Shown one piece after another: positions 50,480-63,884 of a DNA stretch of 64,000 nucleotides. This stretch comes from Chiloscyllium plagiosum (taxonomy: Eukaryota). The DNA lies in the NCBI RefSeq assembly GCF_004010195.1, contig NC_057750.1, forward strand, positions 5,900,442-5,964,441, given 5' to 3'. Every line of letters begins with the position of its first letter. Position 1 is the first letter of the stretch. The position numbers and the translations under genes were made by a program. The notes under the pieces were generated by a model, which was not told the origin of the DNA, did no database searches, and saw only the letters and a list, made by a program, of their open reading frames with translations.

Positions 50480-51042
50480 GATAGAGTCATAGAGATGTAC
50501 AGCATGGAAACAGGCCCTTCTGTCCAACTCATCCATGCTGACCAGATATCCTAGCCTAATCTAGACCCATTGCCAGCATTTGGCCCATATCCCTCTAAAT
50601 CCTTCCTGTTCATGTACCCATCCAAATGTCTTTTAAATGTTGTAATTGTACCAGTCTCCACCACTTCCTCATTCCATACATGTACTGCACTTGTATGAAA
50701 GATTTGCCCATTAGTTCCCTTTTGTTCCTTTCCACTCTCACCTTAAATCAATCTAGTTTTGGATTCCTCTACCCTGGGAAAAAGACCTTGACCATTCACC
50801 CAATCCATGCCCCTCATGAATGTATCAACCTCTAAAAGGTCACCCTTCAGCCTCTGACACTCCAAGGAAAATAGTCCCAGCCTATTCTGCTTCTCCCTAT
50901 ATCTCAAGCCTTTCAATCCTGGCAACATCCTTCTAAATCTTTTCTGCACCCTTTCAAATTTAACAACATCCTTCCTATAACAGGGAGACCAGACTTGCAT
51001 GCATATTCCAAAAGTGACCTAACCAATGTCTTGTACAGCTGC
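50480..51042 (-). mobile_element. CR1 3' fragment
   Basis: WSPCYRKDVVKFERVQKRF..LKGDLLEV. Confidence 0.8.
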
Positions 51043-51697
51043 ACATTCCTGGAAATTATGAGGCAATTTAACATAGCCAATCCACCTAACCTGCCTATCT
51101 GTGTCCACGAAGACACAGGAAGAATATGCAAACTTCACAGTCACCCAAGGCTGGAGTTGAACCTGGGTCCTTGATAGTGTGAGGCAGCGGCGCCTACGTG
51201 CTCAGTGATTAGCACTGCTGCCTCACAATGCCAGGGACTCAGGCTTGATTCTACCCTTGGATGACTGTCTGTGTGGAGTTTGTACATTCTCCCTGTGTCT
51301 GCGTGGGTTTCTTCCCTCAGCCCGAAGATGTTCAGGCTCAATAGATTGGCCATGCTAAATTGCGCATAGTGTCCAGGGATATTTGGATTAGCAATGGGAA
51401 ATGCAGGGAGAGCTGGGTGGGATTGTTTTTTGGGGGGGTTGGTGTAAATTGGATGGGCCAAATGGCCTACTTCCACACTGTAGGGATTCTATGGATATTA
51501 GATTAGAGTCCACACCGACCCTCCGAAGAGTAACCCACCCAGTCTCATTTCCCTCTGATTAATGCACCTAACACTACGGGCAATTCAGCATGGCCAATTC
51601 ACCTAACCTGCACATTTTTGGACTGTGGGAGGAAACTGGAGCACCTGGAGGAAACCCACGCAGACACGGGGAGAATGTGCAAACTCCACACAGACAG
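51040..51697. mobile_element. Three abutting HE1-like V-SINE pieces in alternating orientation (-, +, -)
   Basis: Heads meet at ~51190-51200; tails meet at ~51495-51505. Confidence 0.8.
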
Positions 51698-51769
51698 TAG
51701 AGGGAATTTCATTTCCTTTTTATGAAATTGTGGCCATGGGATCTTGTTATATCCACTTGAAGTTGCAGA

Positions 51770-51900
51770 CAGGCTCAGTTTAACGTCCTCAAGATGAGGC
51801 ACCTCTGACACTGCAGCACTCCCTCAGCCGTACGCCAGGATTGCCCACCTAGATATTTCTGCTCAAATCTGTGGATTGGGACTGGCACCTTCAAGCTATA
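51770..51900 (-). mobile_element. DeuSINE-like (SacSINE1/AmnSINE1-related) fragment; similar pieces at ~1385-1560 and 29775-29850
   Basis: Reverse complement CTGAGGGAGTGCTGCAGTGTCAGAGGTGCC..GACGTTAAAC resembles the Deu central domain as I recall it. Confidence 0.5.
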
Positions 51901-54900
51901 GTCTGACTGTAGGAGATGGGAAGTGGCACACATCTGATACTATAAAACTGCAATGCACTTCACAGTCAAATTCCCTGCCGACACTCGCTGCCTGTATGAT
52001 CGATCGGGTGAGGTGAATAATGGAAAATTGCATTACAAGGACAGGAGCAGAGAGAGAAAAAAAAACAAAAATATTCCGACACAGGAAGAAAGTTCACAAT
52101 AATATCACAGCGGTGTTGAACCTCTCGATAGGACAAACTCTGAATTCTTTTTCTGGCAATGCTATTGTTTGTGCAAGAGGTTCCAGGCAAACTGAGAGCA
52201 GGGAACACACAATGCTACCTTTCCTGTCCTGCTTAATTGCCACTTCCGCCCTTTATTCTCGACATTCCGATCATGTTGTGCAGACTTGCCCCTTCAGAAG
52301 CCAAAACATAAAAAGCAAAAACATTGCAGGCGGGTGAATCGTCTGTTTTGCTTCTTTCACGGCCAGGAGTCACGACTAAACAAGATAGAGATTAAAGCAG
52401 GAGGAAATGTTTGCAATGGAAACCATGCTGCCTCTATCCCATTAGCCAGCCCTCTTCCCGTCTCCCAGACTGCAATGGGAGAGACTGGAGCTCAGCGGGA
52501 TCAAGCACAGTTCACTTTGACTCCACTCAAGATCTGGGATAGTGCATTAGCTGAGTGAATGTGTTTGTTCCTCTGACAACCCCAGCCCTTCATCAGCCAA
52601 CAACAAGGCAAATTCTGAAGAAGGATCACTGGACCTGAAACGTTAACACTGCTTTCTCTCTCCACAGCTCCAACAACATTCATGATGCTCAACGCCATCC
52701 AGGACAAAGCAACCCCACTTGATTGGCACCATATTCACAAACATCCACACCCTCCACCACTGACACTCAGTAACAGTGGTGTGTACTATTTACAACATAC
52801 ACTGTAGAAACACACCAAAGATCCTTGGCGGTGTAGGCTCGAAGGGCTGAATGGCCTACTCCTATGTCTATTGTCTATCCTCAGACAGCACTTTTCCAAC
52901 TCTCAACCATCTAGAAGGACAAAGGCAGCAGATACAGAGGCACACCATCATCTTCAAGTTCCCTTCTGAGCCACATGCCACCCTGACTTGGAAATATATC
53001 GCCATTCCCTCACTGTCTTTGGGTCAAAATCCTGGAATTCTTTCCCTAAGGGCACTGTGGGTCAACCCACAGCAGGGGTACTGCAGCGGTTCAAGAAGGC
53101 AGCTCACTGCCATATTCTCAAGGAGTAATTAGGGACAGGCAGTAAATGCTGGCCAAGCCACAAATGAATTCTAAAAAAGTCACATAGGAGCAATTAGGGA
53201 AACAAATGGTGGGTTCATTAAAAGAGGATTTGAGTTCAGAAGTAGGGATGTCTTATGGCAGCTATACAGGACCTTGATGTGAGTATACCAGGAATATTTT
53301 GTATAGGTTTGGTCTGTTGGAGGGAGAGCACTGCTATTAGAGCTCAGTTGAAGCTCCATCGTGGCCATTGTTGTCTCAGCACTCAGGACTCTCAAAATCT
53401 CACCCCATGAGCCCCCACCTGGCCCTGGTTTGTTTTCCTCCAATCCTCTTGTGTAAATTATAACCAGCTTTGTTTCCACCAACCTTGAGATACTGTATTC
53501 CAGTTCACACCAATGTACTGATGCAGTGGACAGCGGCAGTTCAAGAAGGCAGCTCACCATCATCTTCTCAAGAGGCTATTAGGGATGGGCAATACATGCT
53601 GGGCTCTCCCAAACCCATGAAAATATTTTTCTAAAAAAAATGCTCAAACTGATCTCTCATCGTTAAAAATCACACAACACCAGGTTAAAGTCCAACTGGT
53701 GTTGTGTGATTTTTAACTTTGTCCAACCCAGTACAACACCGGCACTTCTGCATCATGATCTCTCATCAGCACAGGACTAGGATGTTTCTTGGTGGCCACT
53801 AATCTCAGTCTAAAATTAGCCCCTCTTGGTTGTCCATATAGAAATTGCACAGTGTCAATTGAGATAGTCATTATGCTTCTGACAGCAAGACGTTTGTAAG
53901 AAATACAAAGTTAAGACAGAAGCCTTGAGCCAGGAGGAGTCAAGTCGGCTCAAATTTAGGGCAAACTGTTGCTTGCTGACTTCTGAGTCTCAGCCTGAAA
54001 ACGTCACCCATTGGAAGAGAAGTGGAAGGTTGGCTTTTATTTCCAAGGGGATGGAGTCTAAAAGTATACAAGGCACAAGCTAGATCACAGGTAGAATACT
54101 ATAAATTGTTTTAGTTCTAAGGAGATACACTGGAATTGGAGGCAGTCCATAGAAGGTTCGTTAGACTAATACAGAAGGACTAGGTGGAAGTGAGTTCTGC
54201 AGATGCTGGAGATTAGAGTCAAGACTAGAGTGATGCTGGAAAAACACAACAGGTCAGGCAGCATCTGAGGAGCAGGAAAATCGATGTTTCGGGCAAAAGC
54301 CCTTCATTAGGAATATGAAGATACAGCGGAACAGTATTATGAGGAAGCGAGGGAGTAGATTGAGCCTGTACTCATTGGAATTTAGATGATTGAGAAGTAA
54401 CCATATAGAAACAAACAGGATTCTTAAGGGTTTCACAGGTAAAGGTTGTTTCCTCTTGTGGAAGAGTCTAGGACCAGAGGGCATCATCTCAGAATAAAGC
54501 GTCACACATTTAAGACCGAGATGAGGAGGAATTTCTTCTTTCAGAGGGTAGCAAAATTGCAGAATTCTTTACTGCAAAGGACTGTTGAGGCTGAGTTATT
54601 AAGGCTGAGGTAGACGCATATTTAATAAGGAAGGGAATCAAGGTTTTATAGGAAAAAAGCAGGAAAGTGGGATTGTGGATTACAGATCAGCTACAGTCTC
54701 ATCAAATGGCAGTGCAGACTTGAATGGCTGAATTTAGGCTGAATGGCCTAAGTCTGCTCCTAAGTCTTATAGTCTTTTGGTCTCAGGCAAGGGTGTTGAA
54801 ACTAACTCATGCTTCATTACCCTACAGCCAAGTGTAGCTAAAGGTAGCTCAGTGTGTACCTTGAGACAAAGTGATGCAATTTCCATGCCTTTTGGGGTCA

Positions 54901-55194
54901 GTTAGAGGCTAATTGTTCTTGTGTAGATCATCAGGTCAGTTAAAGGTCAAAAAATGTCTTGCACGTTTCAAGTACTTTTGATTTGGAAAGTGTGGCATCA
55001 GAATATACACATGTAGCACCTCAGGTTTGAGGATTGCACATGTTTAGAGACCAGGAGGCATTGTTCACATTGTGGTCAGTCAGAGTGCAATTGTAACCTT
55101 TACTAAATCCAAACTCCACATCATCAAGTCAATTTCTCCCTCTTCATTTTGAAGAGGAATTTATGGATGCGAACAGTTAAGAGTCAGATGAGGA

Positions 55195-55790
55195 TGGGAG
55201 TTGGGATGTCATGTTGTAGCAGTACAGGACATTGGTTAGGCCACTTCTGGAATACTGCATTCACTTCTGATCTCCCTGCTGTAGGAAAAATGTTGTTAAA
55301 TGTGAGATGGTGCAGAAAAGATTTACAAGGATGTTGCCAGGGTTGGGGGGCTTTGAGCTATAGGTAGAGGCTGAATAGGCTGGGGCTGTTTTCCCTGGAG
55401 CTTCGGATGTTGGGGGTGACCTTGTAGAGATTTATAAAATCATAAGGGTCATGGATAGGGCAACAACCAAGGTCTTTCAAAGGGTAGGGGTGTCCAAAAC
55501 TAGAGGGCATAGGTTTAAGGTGAGAGGGGAAAGATTTGAAAGGGACCTAGGGGGCATCGTTTGACACAGAGTGTGATCTGTGTACAGAACAAGCTGCCAG
55601 AGGAAGTGGTGGAGGCTGGTACAATTACAACATTTAAAAGGCATCTGGATGAGTATATGAATAGGAGGGGTTTAGAGGGATATGGGCCAAGTGCTGGCAA
55701 ATGGGACGAGATTAATTTAGGATATGTAGTCGGCACGGATGAGTTGGACGGAAGGGCCTGTTTCCATGCTGTACATCTCTATGACTCTGT
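55195..55790 (+). mobile_element. CR1 3' fragment
   Basis: LPEEVVEAGTITTFKRHLD; CR1 tail. Confidence 0.8.
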
Positions 55791-56399
55791 AACGTTTAAC
55801 ACAAGCGGCACCTCCTCACCAGTGTGGTTAGGTGTTGCTTTGACACTTGTTATTGACATGTTGAACGAGTCAATCTCCAGTTGCTTCCAGTTAAGCAGCA
55901 GCCCTGAATGACTTTCCGGGAAGATAATAGCGTCTGGGCAGTGACAACAAATTTGCGATAGGATTTGATAGGTGACTGGTCAGCAGTGTCTGACTCAAGC
56001 CTCCAAGTGACGGTGGGGGGGGGGGGGAGGGTTTTCTCTCCCTTTCACTGCTGTTTAACGAGGATGCGGTTTCAATCTGTAAATAAACAGACCAAGGCAT
56101 GCAGCAACTTCCTCCGAAACACTCACTTCCCATCCTTTCAGCCTTATCTCCCGACCAACGTGCAGTCAGTAGGCGGTTTCCTCTCTCCACACGCTGCGGC
56201 CCTGCTTCCAGCCTCAGGCAGCAGTTGGCCCATGTTGGCCAGTAAACAAGGACACAGGACAGAGCGAAGGGTCAGGGGTGAGGGTCGGCCAATTCTCCAA
56301 TTCATTGGCCACACTAAAGTTGCCATCGAATGGTCACTGGGTGACATTAGCCATTTGTTAAGGGAGGTTACTCCCAGGTTACGGGATGGAAGAAAGCAG

Positions 56400-57605
56400 A
56401 GAGAGAAAACATCAAAATTAGAAGCAGGAGTAGGCTATCTGGCCCTTTGGGCCTGCACCACCATTCAGTAAGATGGTGGCTGATCTTTATCATGGACCCA
56501 GCTCCACTTATCCGCCCTCTCACTATAACCCTGAATTCCTTTACTGTTAAAAAACATTATCTATCTTAGCTTTAAAAGCGTTTACTGAGGAAGCCTCAAC
56601 TACTTCACTGGGCAGGGAATTCCGCAGATTCACAACCCTCTGAGTGAAGAAGTTCCTTCTCGATTCAGTCCTAAATCTGCTCCCCCTAATTTTGGGGCAA
56701 AGCCCTCTTGTCCTAATTTCACCCAGCAGTGGAAACACCTCTATTTCTATCTTACGTATTCCATTCATAATTTAATATGTTTCTAAAAGATCCCCCCCTT
56801 ATTCGTCTATATTCCAATGAATATAATCCCAGTATACTTAGTCTCTCCTTAAAGGCCAACACCCTCAACTCCAGAATCAACCCAGTAAACCTCTTCTGCA
56901 CCCCATCTAATGCCAGTGGGGAGACCAAATCTGCACACAGTACTCCAGGTGTGGCCTCACCAGCATCCTATACAGCTGCAGCATAACCACCCTGCTTTTA
57001 AACTCAATTCCTTTAGCAAGGAATTTGTCTTCTTAATTACCTATTGCACCTGCAGACTAACCTTCTGTGATTCTTGCACAAGGACATCCAGGTCCCTCTG
57101 CACAGCAGTGTGCTGCAATTTCTCACCATTCAAATAATAATCCTTTTTACTGTTATTCCTCCCAAAATGAATGACTTCACATTTATTAACATCGTATTCT
57201 ATCTGCCAGACCTTTGCCCACTCACTTCAACTATCTCTGTCCCTTTGTAAAGTTTCACAGTCCTCTGCACATCTTGCTCTATCATTCATCTTATCATCAT
57301 CTGCAAACTTTGACACACTACATGTGGACCACAACTCCAAATCATCCATGTAAATTGAGAACAATTGCAATCCCATCACTGATCCCTGAGACACACCACT
57401 AGTCACTGATTGCCAACCAGAAAAGCACTCATTTATCCCCACTCTTTGCTTTCTGTTGGTTACCAATCCTCTACCCATGCTAATACATTGCCCATAACAT
57501 CTTGCATTTTTATCTTATGCAGCAGCCTTTTGTACAACACCTTGCCAAATGCCTTTTGGAAATCTAGATACACCACATCTACTGGGTTCCCATTGCCCAC
57601 TGTAC
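56400..57605 (-). mobile_element. Degraded CR1 LINE 3' portion
   Basis: RKQRVGINECFSGWQSVTSGVSQGS, SKFADD, FFTQRVVNL. Confidence 0.85.
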
Positions 57606-57732
57606 TCGGAAGGTCGTCATGGAGAGATAGAGAAAAGTATATAGATGTTGAGAGAGAGAAAATACTAGAAACATGGAATATGGAACTAGGCTATTCAGCC
57701 CATTGAGCCTACTCTGCTATTCAATGTGATCA

Positions 57733-58065
57733 TAGTGACTCAGTGGTTAGCACCATTGCCTTATAGTGCCAATGACCCAGGTTTAATTCCACACCGGGCG
57801 AATTGTGGGGTTTTCATGTTCTCCCTGTGTTTGGATTTTCTCTAGGTGCTTCTCTCACAGTCCAAAGATGTGCAGGTTAAGTGGTGTGGCTATGCTAAAT
57901 TGCCCATAGTGTCCAGGGATGTGTAGGTTACATGGATTAGCCAGGGGAAATGCAGGGCTACAGGGATAGGGTCATGGGTTGGGTCTGTGTGGGATGCTCT
58001 TCAGAGGGTCGCTGTGGACTTACTTGTTGGACCGAAAAGCCTGCTTCCATATTTTAAGGATTCTA
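57733..58065 (+). mobile_element. HE1-like V-SINE; further pieces at ~49385-49855, 58665-58908, 63955-64000
   Basis: GTGACTCAGTGGTTAGCAC head and tail. Confidence 0.8.
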
Positions 58066-59379
58066 TCTTCCATCTCAGTGTGATACTCCTGCTCTCTATC
58101 CATATTTTTTTTACACCTTAAGCTTCTCAAAATCTATATATTTATTTCTTAAATGCATTCACCCCCTCCCCCCAGCATTCTGGTGATAGACAATTCCACA
58201 GTTTCACCACCCTCTGATTGAAAAGATTTCTCCTCATCTCAGTCTTCACATAGCCTGAGACAGTGACAACCCCCCCACCCGCCACCCCATTATAGACCTC
58301 CTGGACAGAGGAAACGGCAATCTGAATCCAGGCTGTCTCGTCCTGACAGAATTATATACGTTTCGGTCATATTCCCTCTCATTCGTCTAAATCCCAGCGA
58401 ATACAGACCCAGTTGACTCAATCTCTTTTCATAAAACAAACCTACCATCCCAGGTATCATTCAGAAAGAAACTGCATCTTGGTCAAACAGCATTGAGTCA
58501 CACAGCACGGAAACAGATCCTTCAGTCCAACTCGAGAATAATCCCAAATTAAACTAGACCTACCCATCTGTGCGTGGCCCATAATCCTCCATGTTTCTTA
58601 TTCATGAACCTATCCAAATGTCTTTTAAAATGTTGTAACTATGCCCACATTGGAAGTTCATTCCACACATTCTCCCCATGTCTGCGTGGGTTTCCTCCAG
58701 GTGCTCCTGTTTCCTCCCACAGAACAACGATGTACAGGTTAGGTGAATTGGCTATGCTAAATTGCCCATAGTGTTCAGGGATGTGCAGGTTAGGTGCATT
58801 ATTCATGGGTAAATGTAGAAAAATGGGGAATGGTTTTGGGTGGGACATTCTTCGGAGGGTTGGTGTGGACACGGGCTGAAAGGCCTGTTTCCACACTGTA
58901 GGGATTCTGGGTGTGGGGCCGTATGGGATGGGGGATAACTCAGCAATCGGTCAGTGGAACTGAACCGAGCAAGGACCTTTGTGGTGATGTGGTAGTGTCC
59001 CTACTTCTGGGCTAAGAAGTTCAAATCTCACTGCCCCCAAAAATTGTAAGATAATACCACTGAATGGGTCAATTAGGAAAATATCTAACTGACTTGAGCA
59101 GCACAAACAATCCTACACATGACCACCCATTCTGACAATGCCCATCGATCCGATCAGCAAGCCCCCACCCTGCCCATTCACTAACCCACACTCTCCTTCA
59201 CAGAAGGACACAAAACTCACTTCGAATTTCCTCACCTTTCCTTGAAGAAGACAGAGAAGTGGTAAGTAACATTTGGGCTACACAAATACCAGACATCACC
59301 AATAAGAAACAAGTTAACCACAAATCTTTGACATTCTGAATCACTGAATCACTTAGCATCACTGAATCCCTCCATCAAT

Positions 59380-59955
59380 CAACATCCTGGGGGTTACCAT
59401 TGACCAAAAACTCAACTGGACTCACCATATAAAAACAGTGGCTACAAGGGCAGGTCAAAGGCTGAGAATCCTGCAGTCAGTAACTCATGTCCTGACTCCC
59501 CAAAGCCTATCCACCATCTACAAGGCACAAGTCAGGAGTGTGATGGAATACTCCCCACTTGCCTGTATGGGTGCCGCTCCAAAACCACTCAAGCAGCTCG
59601 ACACTATCCAGGGCAAAGCAGCCCCGTTTGATTGGCACCCCGTTCACTCCCTCCACCACTGTGTACTATCTACAAAATGCACTGCAGAAATTCAATGGTC
59701 CTCAAACAGTCCATTCCAAACCCACAACCACTTCCATCTAGAAGGACAAGGGCAGCAGATAGATGGGAACACCACCCCCTGCAAGTTCCACTCACCATCC
59801 TGACTTGGAAACATAACACCAATCCTTCACTGTCATTGGGTCAAAATCCTAGAATTCCCTCCCTGAGGGCACGGTGGGTCAACCCACAGCAGGTTGATTG
59901 CAATGGTTCAAGGTGGCAGCTCACCACCACCTTCTCAAGGGGCAATTAGGAACAG
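59380..59955 (+). mobile_element. LINE (CR1/L2 group) 3' fragment; related pieces at ~11060-11440 (-), 24215-24435, 52675-53150
   Basis: RAGQRLRIL..SLSTIYKAQVRSVMEYSPLA, a LINE ORF2 C-terminal region; recurring tail GGTTCAAGAAGGCAGCTCACC. Confidence 0.7.
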
Positions 59956-61719
59956 ACAATATTGCCTAGCCAGTAATACCTATGTCTCACAAATGAATTT
60001 TAAAAACCAGCTCTGGTCATTTCTATTTCAGCAGGGTTAAGTTAGGAGTCCCAGCTGAAAATGAGTAGCTCCACTGGGTGTTAGCTGTATTCAACTGCCC
60101 ATAGCCTTACCATTGACCAGAAGATCTGGCCCAAACGTAGTCAAAAGCCCTGTGCTAGCATCCACCGGCACCCAAATAAGAAGGTGCATTCTCCTCTTCA
60201 AATAGTGGTTGTGGGATTTTTTTCAGCCACAGGGGAAAGACACACCTTCAATCGTGAGATCAAGGGTGAACCCTGAACACCAAATCCTTACCCTCCAAGG
60301 GTGAGCTTCTGGGATGTTGGACATTGGAACACCTCACGACAGCTCTGAAATAGTTAAACCGTGTCCTGTCAAAGATTGAGGCTACTGTAAAGTTGGCTCT
60401 TGGGATCTTGGTCTACACATAGCAGCTGTAACTCATGTACGCTAGTATGCTGGAAGATGGATTCACCACAGATGAGATAGGACAGGAAACAGGGCCGGGG
60501 GTGGGGGCGGTTACTGGTGGTGCAGGGTTTCCCAAGCTAGCAATCCCTCCGCCGCTGCAGTAACCTGGGATGGGACTGTTGGAACATCAATCTATTCACA
60601 GACGCCAGACTCTGAACTCTCTCCTGCTCTCCCCCACCTATCGCCCAGGGAGGAACAAGTGCTGATATGAAAATGTTGCAAGTTTAGCAAGGTCTCACTG
60701 TCCCACAGAGAGCTCAGTGAATTCTGTAATGCACATCAGCCACTTTTCTGTCCCTACCGAGCGTTCTTGGGTTTCGTGACGTCAGTCAGAAGGCTGACCA
60801 CCTCCCCCTTCACATCCACCCACAGCCCCTCTACCCCCATCCCATGACACAGCATTAGGCTCCATCATGATTCCACAACAGCTGTCGGAATGCTTAGCGA
60901 ATCCTGGGTGAGGTTTAATAATTAAGGGAATCGAGGGTGACGGGGAAAAGGCAAGAAAATGGAATGGAGAGTTGGTCATGATCTTATTGAATGGCAGATT
61001 GGTTGAACAGCCTAATTCTGCTCCAATGTCTTATGGCCTTACACTGGAGCATCAGGAAGCAGAGGGGGTACAGATCAAAGACAGTTAGTAAACAGAAACC
61101 CAGATTAGGGAAGCTGAGGGGTTTTATTCACTCTGCAAGTTGTCATGAAATGGGCTACACTGCCCTGAAAGGATGATGAAACAGATTCACCAGGGACTTC
61201 ATTATTGGGGTGGGAAGAAGGGACAAGGTGAGCAGAACTAACTGGTCAGTATTGTGTCAGCTGAATGGCTTGCTCCTCAGAATACATCTCTAGGATCAGG
61301 AAATAAACTGGGATCTTCCTGTGCAGCTCTAAATCCACTGCTGAAAACAGGCAAAGTGGGACACATGCACAGAGAATTACCTGCAGCATGGGTCACTAAG
61401 AGGCTGTGCCTGACAGAACAAGAGGGATGTCTTAAATCAAGTGTGTCTGTCATGTCCAAATGCAGAAGCTGCTGAATGGGCCGAAGGGCCGAGTTTAATC
61501 CCAGAGGCAACCGAGATGCTCCAGCTGACCAGGAGTCAGGGGTCTGACTCAGACTTCCAGCCCAGAGAGACAGACCTTGGCCTCAGAGATTAAATACATC
61601 TGGTGTGGCTCATTCCCCCTAAAGTCAGATTGTGGTTTCAAAGCCACACAAGAATGAAATTCCAGGCTTTCAAAATCTTCAGAGATGTTTCTCCCTGGTG
61701 CCCTGTTCAATCACTCCCA

Positions 61720-62072
61720 GAACGTGGACAACAAGGGGTTAAAAATGGAGTAAAGCTTCTTCTGCACCATCCCCATCAAACATAGGGTTCGCTAAAGCTC
61801 CTTCTACTCTTGAAAACAGAAAGTGACCTGAAAGTAAAGCTCTTTTTACACTGTCCCCATGAAACAGTCCCAGGATAGGGGCAGCACAGGGTTAGATATA
61901 GAGTAAAGCTCCTTCTACTCGTATAAACTGAAAGCTGCCTTTACACTATCCCCATCAAACTGTCCCAGGACAAGGATAGCAAAGGGTTAGATACAGAGTG
62001 AAGCTCCTTTTACAGTGTCCCCCATCAAACACTCCCAGGACAGGGACAGCATGGGGTTTAGATACAGAGTAA
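61720..62072 (+). repeat. Satellite-like tandem array, same unit as 12095-12490
   Basis: CCCCATCAAAC..CCCAGGACA..GGGTTAGATACAGAGTAAAGCTC units. Confidence 0.85.
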
Positions 62073-63139
62073 TGCCTCAGTAATACCCTTCAGACTCTGG
62101 CCTGAGAAGCAGAGTTTGTGGGTTTAGTGCCTGCAAATTGGGATTAAGATTCAGAGGGGGCTATATGAGAGGGAGGATGCTGAGAGGATATTTCCCTTGG
62201 TGGGGGATTTGAGAGTGAGGGGGCACAGTTTAAAGCCATGGATGTCTTGTAGAAAATAAAGAGGGATTTTCTCTCCCAGAGGTTTGTTAGACCTTGGAGT
62301 CCAAGGTTCAAGAGGAGGAGGAGACTATGGGTTTGGGTGCGAGTGGAAAGTGGGGTAGAGGCCACAATCAGATTGGCCATAATCATATTGAATGGCAGTG
62401 CAGGTTCAAGGAGCCGAATGGCCTATTCCTGCACCTAATTTGTATGTCTCTAGCCTGCACAAGACGTTTACAATGTTGGTTAGAATACATTCAAGTTAAG
62501 GACTCAGGACTGGAGCTGAAATCATGTACCTGCAGTTAAAATGCATGACTTTTAGATATTTTTCAAAATGTGGGCATCGTGGTCAAGGCCAGCATTTGTT
62601 ATCCATCCCTAATTGCCCATTGAACGGAGTGTTTGCTTGTGCCAGAAAACAGTAAAGAGTAAAAGCATATAGCTGTGGATCTGGAGTCACAGAGGCGGGA
62701 CCAGGTTAGATTATCTTCCCTAAAGGCTATATTAATGAACCAGACAGGTTCTTAAATGAATCAATCATCGCTTCATAGTCTCAATAGTGAAGCCAACCTT
62801 ACATACCAGATTTCTTAATCAAATCCAAATTTCTTAATCAAATCCAGCCATGGCAGGATTTGAACCCACAGATCCTAAGCATTAGCCTGGATTACCAGTC
62901 CAGTATCATTACAACCAAGCTATCTTTCCACATGAGAATGAATCGTTGGCTGGGTGGTTTTGGGAGGTCAGGATGATGGAGATACAGCCTCTGTGCCTTC
63001 CCATACAAAAGTCCTAATCAATGGTGTCTCTCATCTAAAGACCCAAATTACGGGTAATTTCTTGATTGACAATTCTCTCTGCTCGGCTCTATTTCTCTGT
63101 CTCCATGGGATTGAAACCAAACACAAATCAAATGAAATT

Positions 63140-63884
63140 ACTGCAGCTCTGTGAACATTTTAATATCTGTATAAAGCATTAAAACAGTCAAAAACACTCC
63201 AACAAGCACTGTCCCTGACCACTAGCTGTGCGATCCGGTCAGTGGAAGAGAAAGGGAGGAAAATACAAATGAATAAAAAAAAGAGCTTGTCCCCAGTGGG
63301 AATGGAATAAGGATTTAATTTCGATTACATCCAGCTCATTTACAAACGCAACGTCCTTGAAAAGTTCATCATTGTGTGTCACAGGCTGTCTCGACGGAAA
63401 CGTGGATGGATAATGAGAGTAACCACCTTCCTCCGAAAGGGGCTGTCATTCAGCCAAGAATTGCAGGATGAGATGAGTTAAATTGGAATCCTTTGATCTC
63501 AAAAGGTTTGTTACATTGTGATCAATAACCAAACTAGGAGTTGTGGCACTGCCACCATGTTGCAGTATGGCATGCGAATGGGGCTCAGTTATTGCACTGC
63601 CAGTTGGGTATGTCATGGAACTCAATGGGCTGAACGGCCTCTTTTCCATGCTCCCACGACTCTACAAATGTGCAGGATGGCAGCTGACAGTCTGAAGAAT
63701 GGAAATCTTGTCGTTCGGTAGCGTTCCCACTCGGAAATCCGGACCAGCAGGTCACCCAGCATTGGCTGACTGTCCAAGCTGCAGCACCCGGCGTTCCCAC
63801 TGCCGTCAGACGGAACTGGTGCAGTCTGTCCACGGAGAGGACGCGATCCCCCTCCTACACTGCTGGCCTCACTCTAGGAAACAA
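63140..63884 (-). other. Candidate terminal exon (short coding tail plus 3'UTR) of an unidentified upstream gene
   Basis: Minus strand shows a CTAAC branch point (63909-63905), a pyrimidine tract and TTCCAG acceptor (AG 63886-63885; alternative AG 63875-63874), CpG-containing unique sequence, then ATTAAA (63164-63159) followed by a GT/T-rich downstream element. Confidence 0.4.

Noticed and set aside
55965..56471. 168-aa ORF
   Set aside because: Non-ATG start, no recognisable motif, runs into a CR1 tail, and I see no supporting splice structure.
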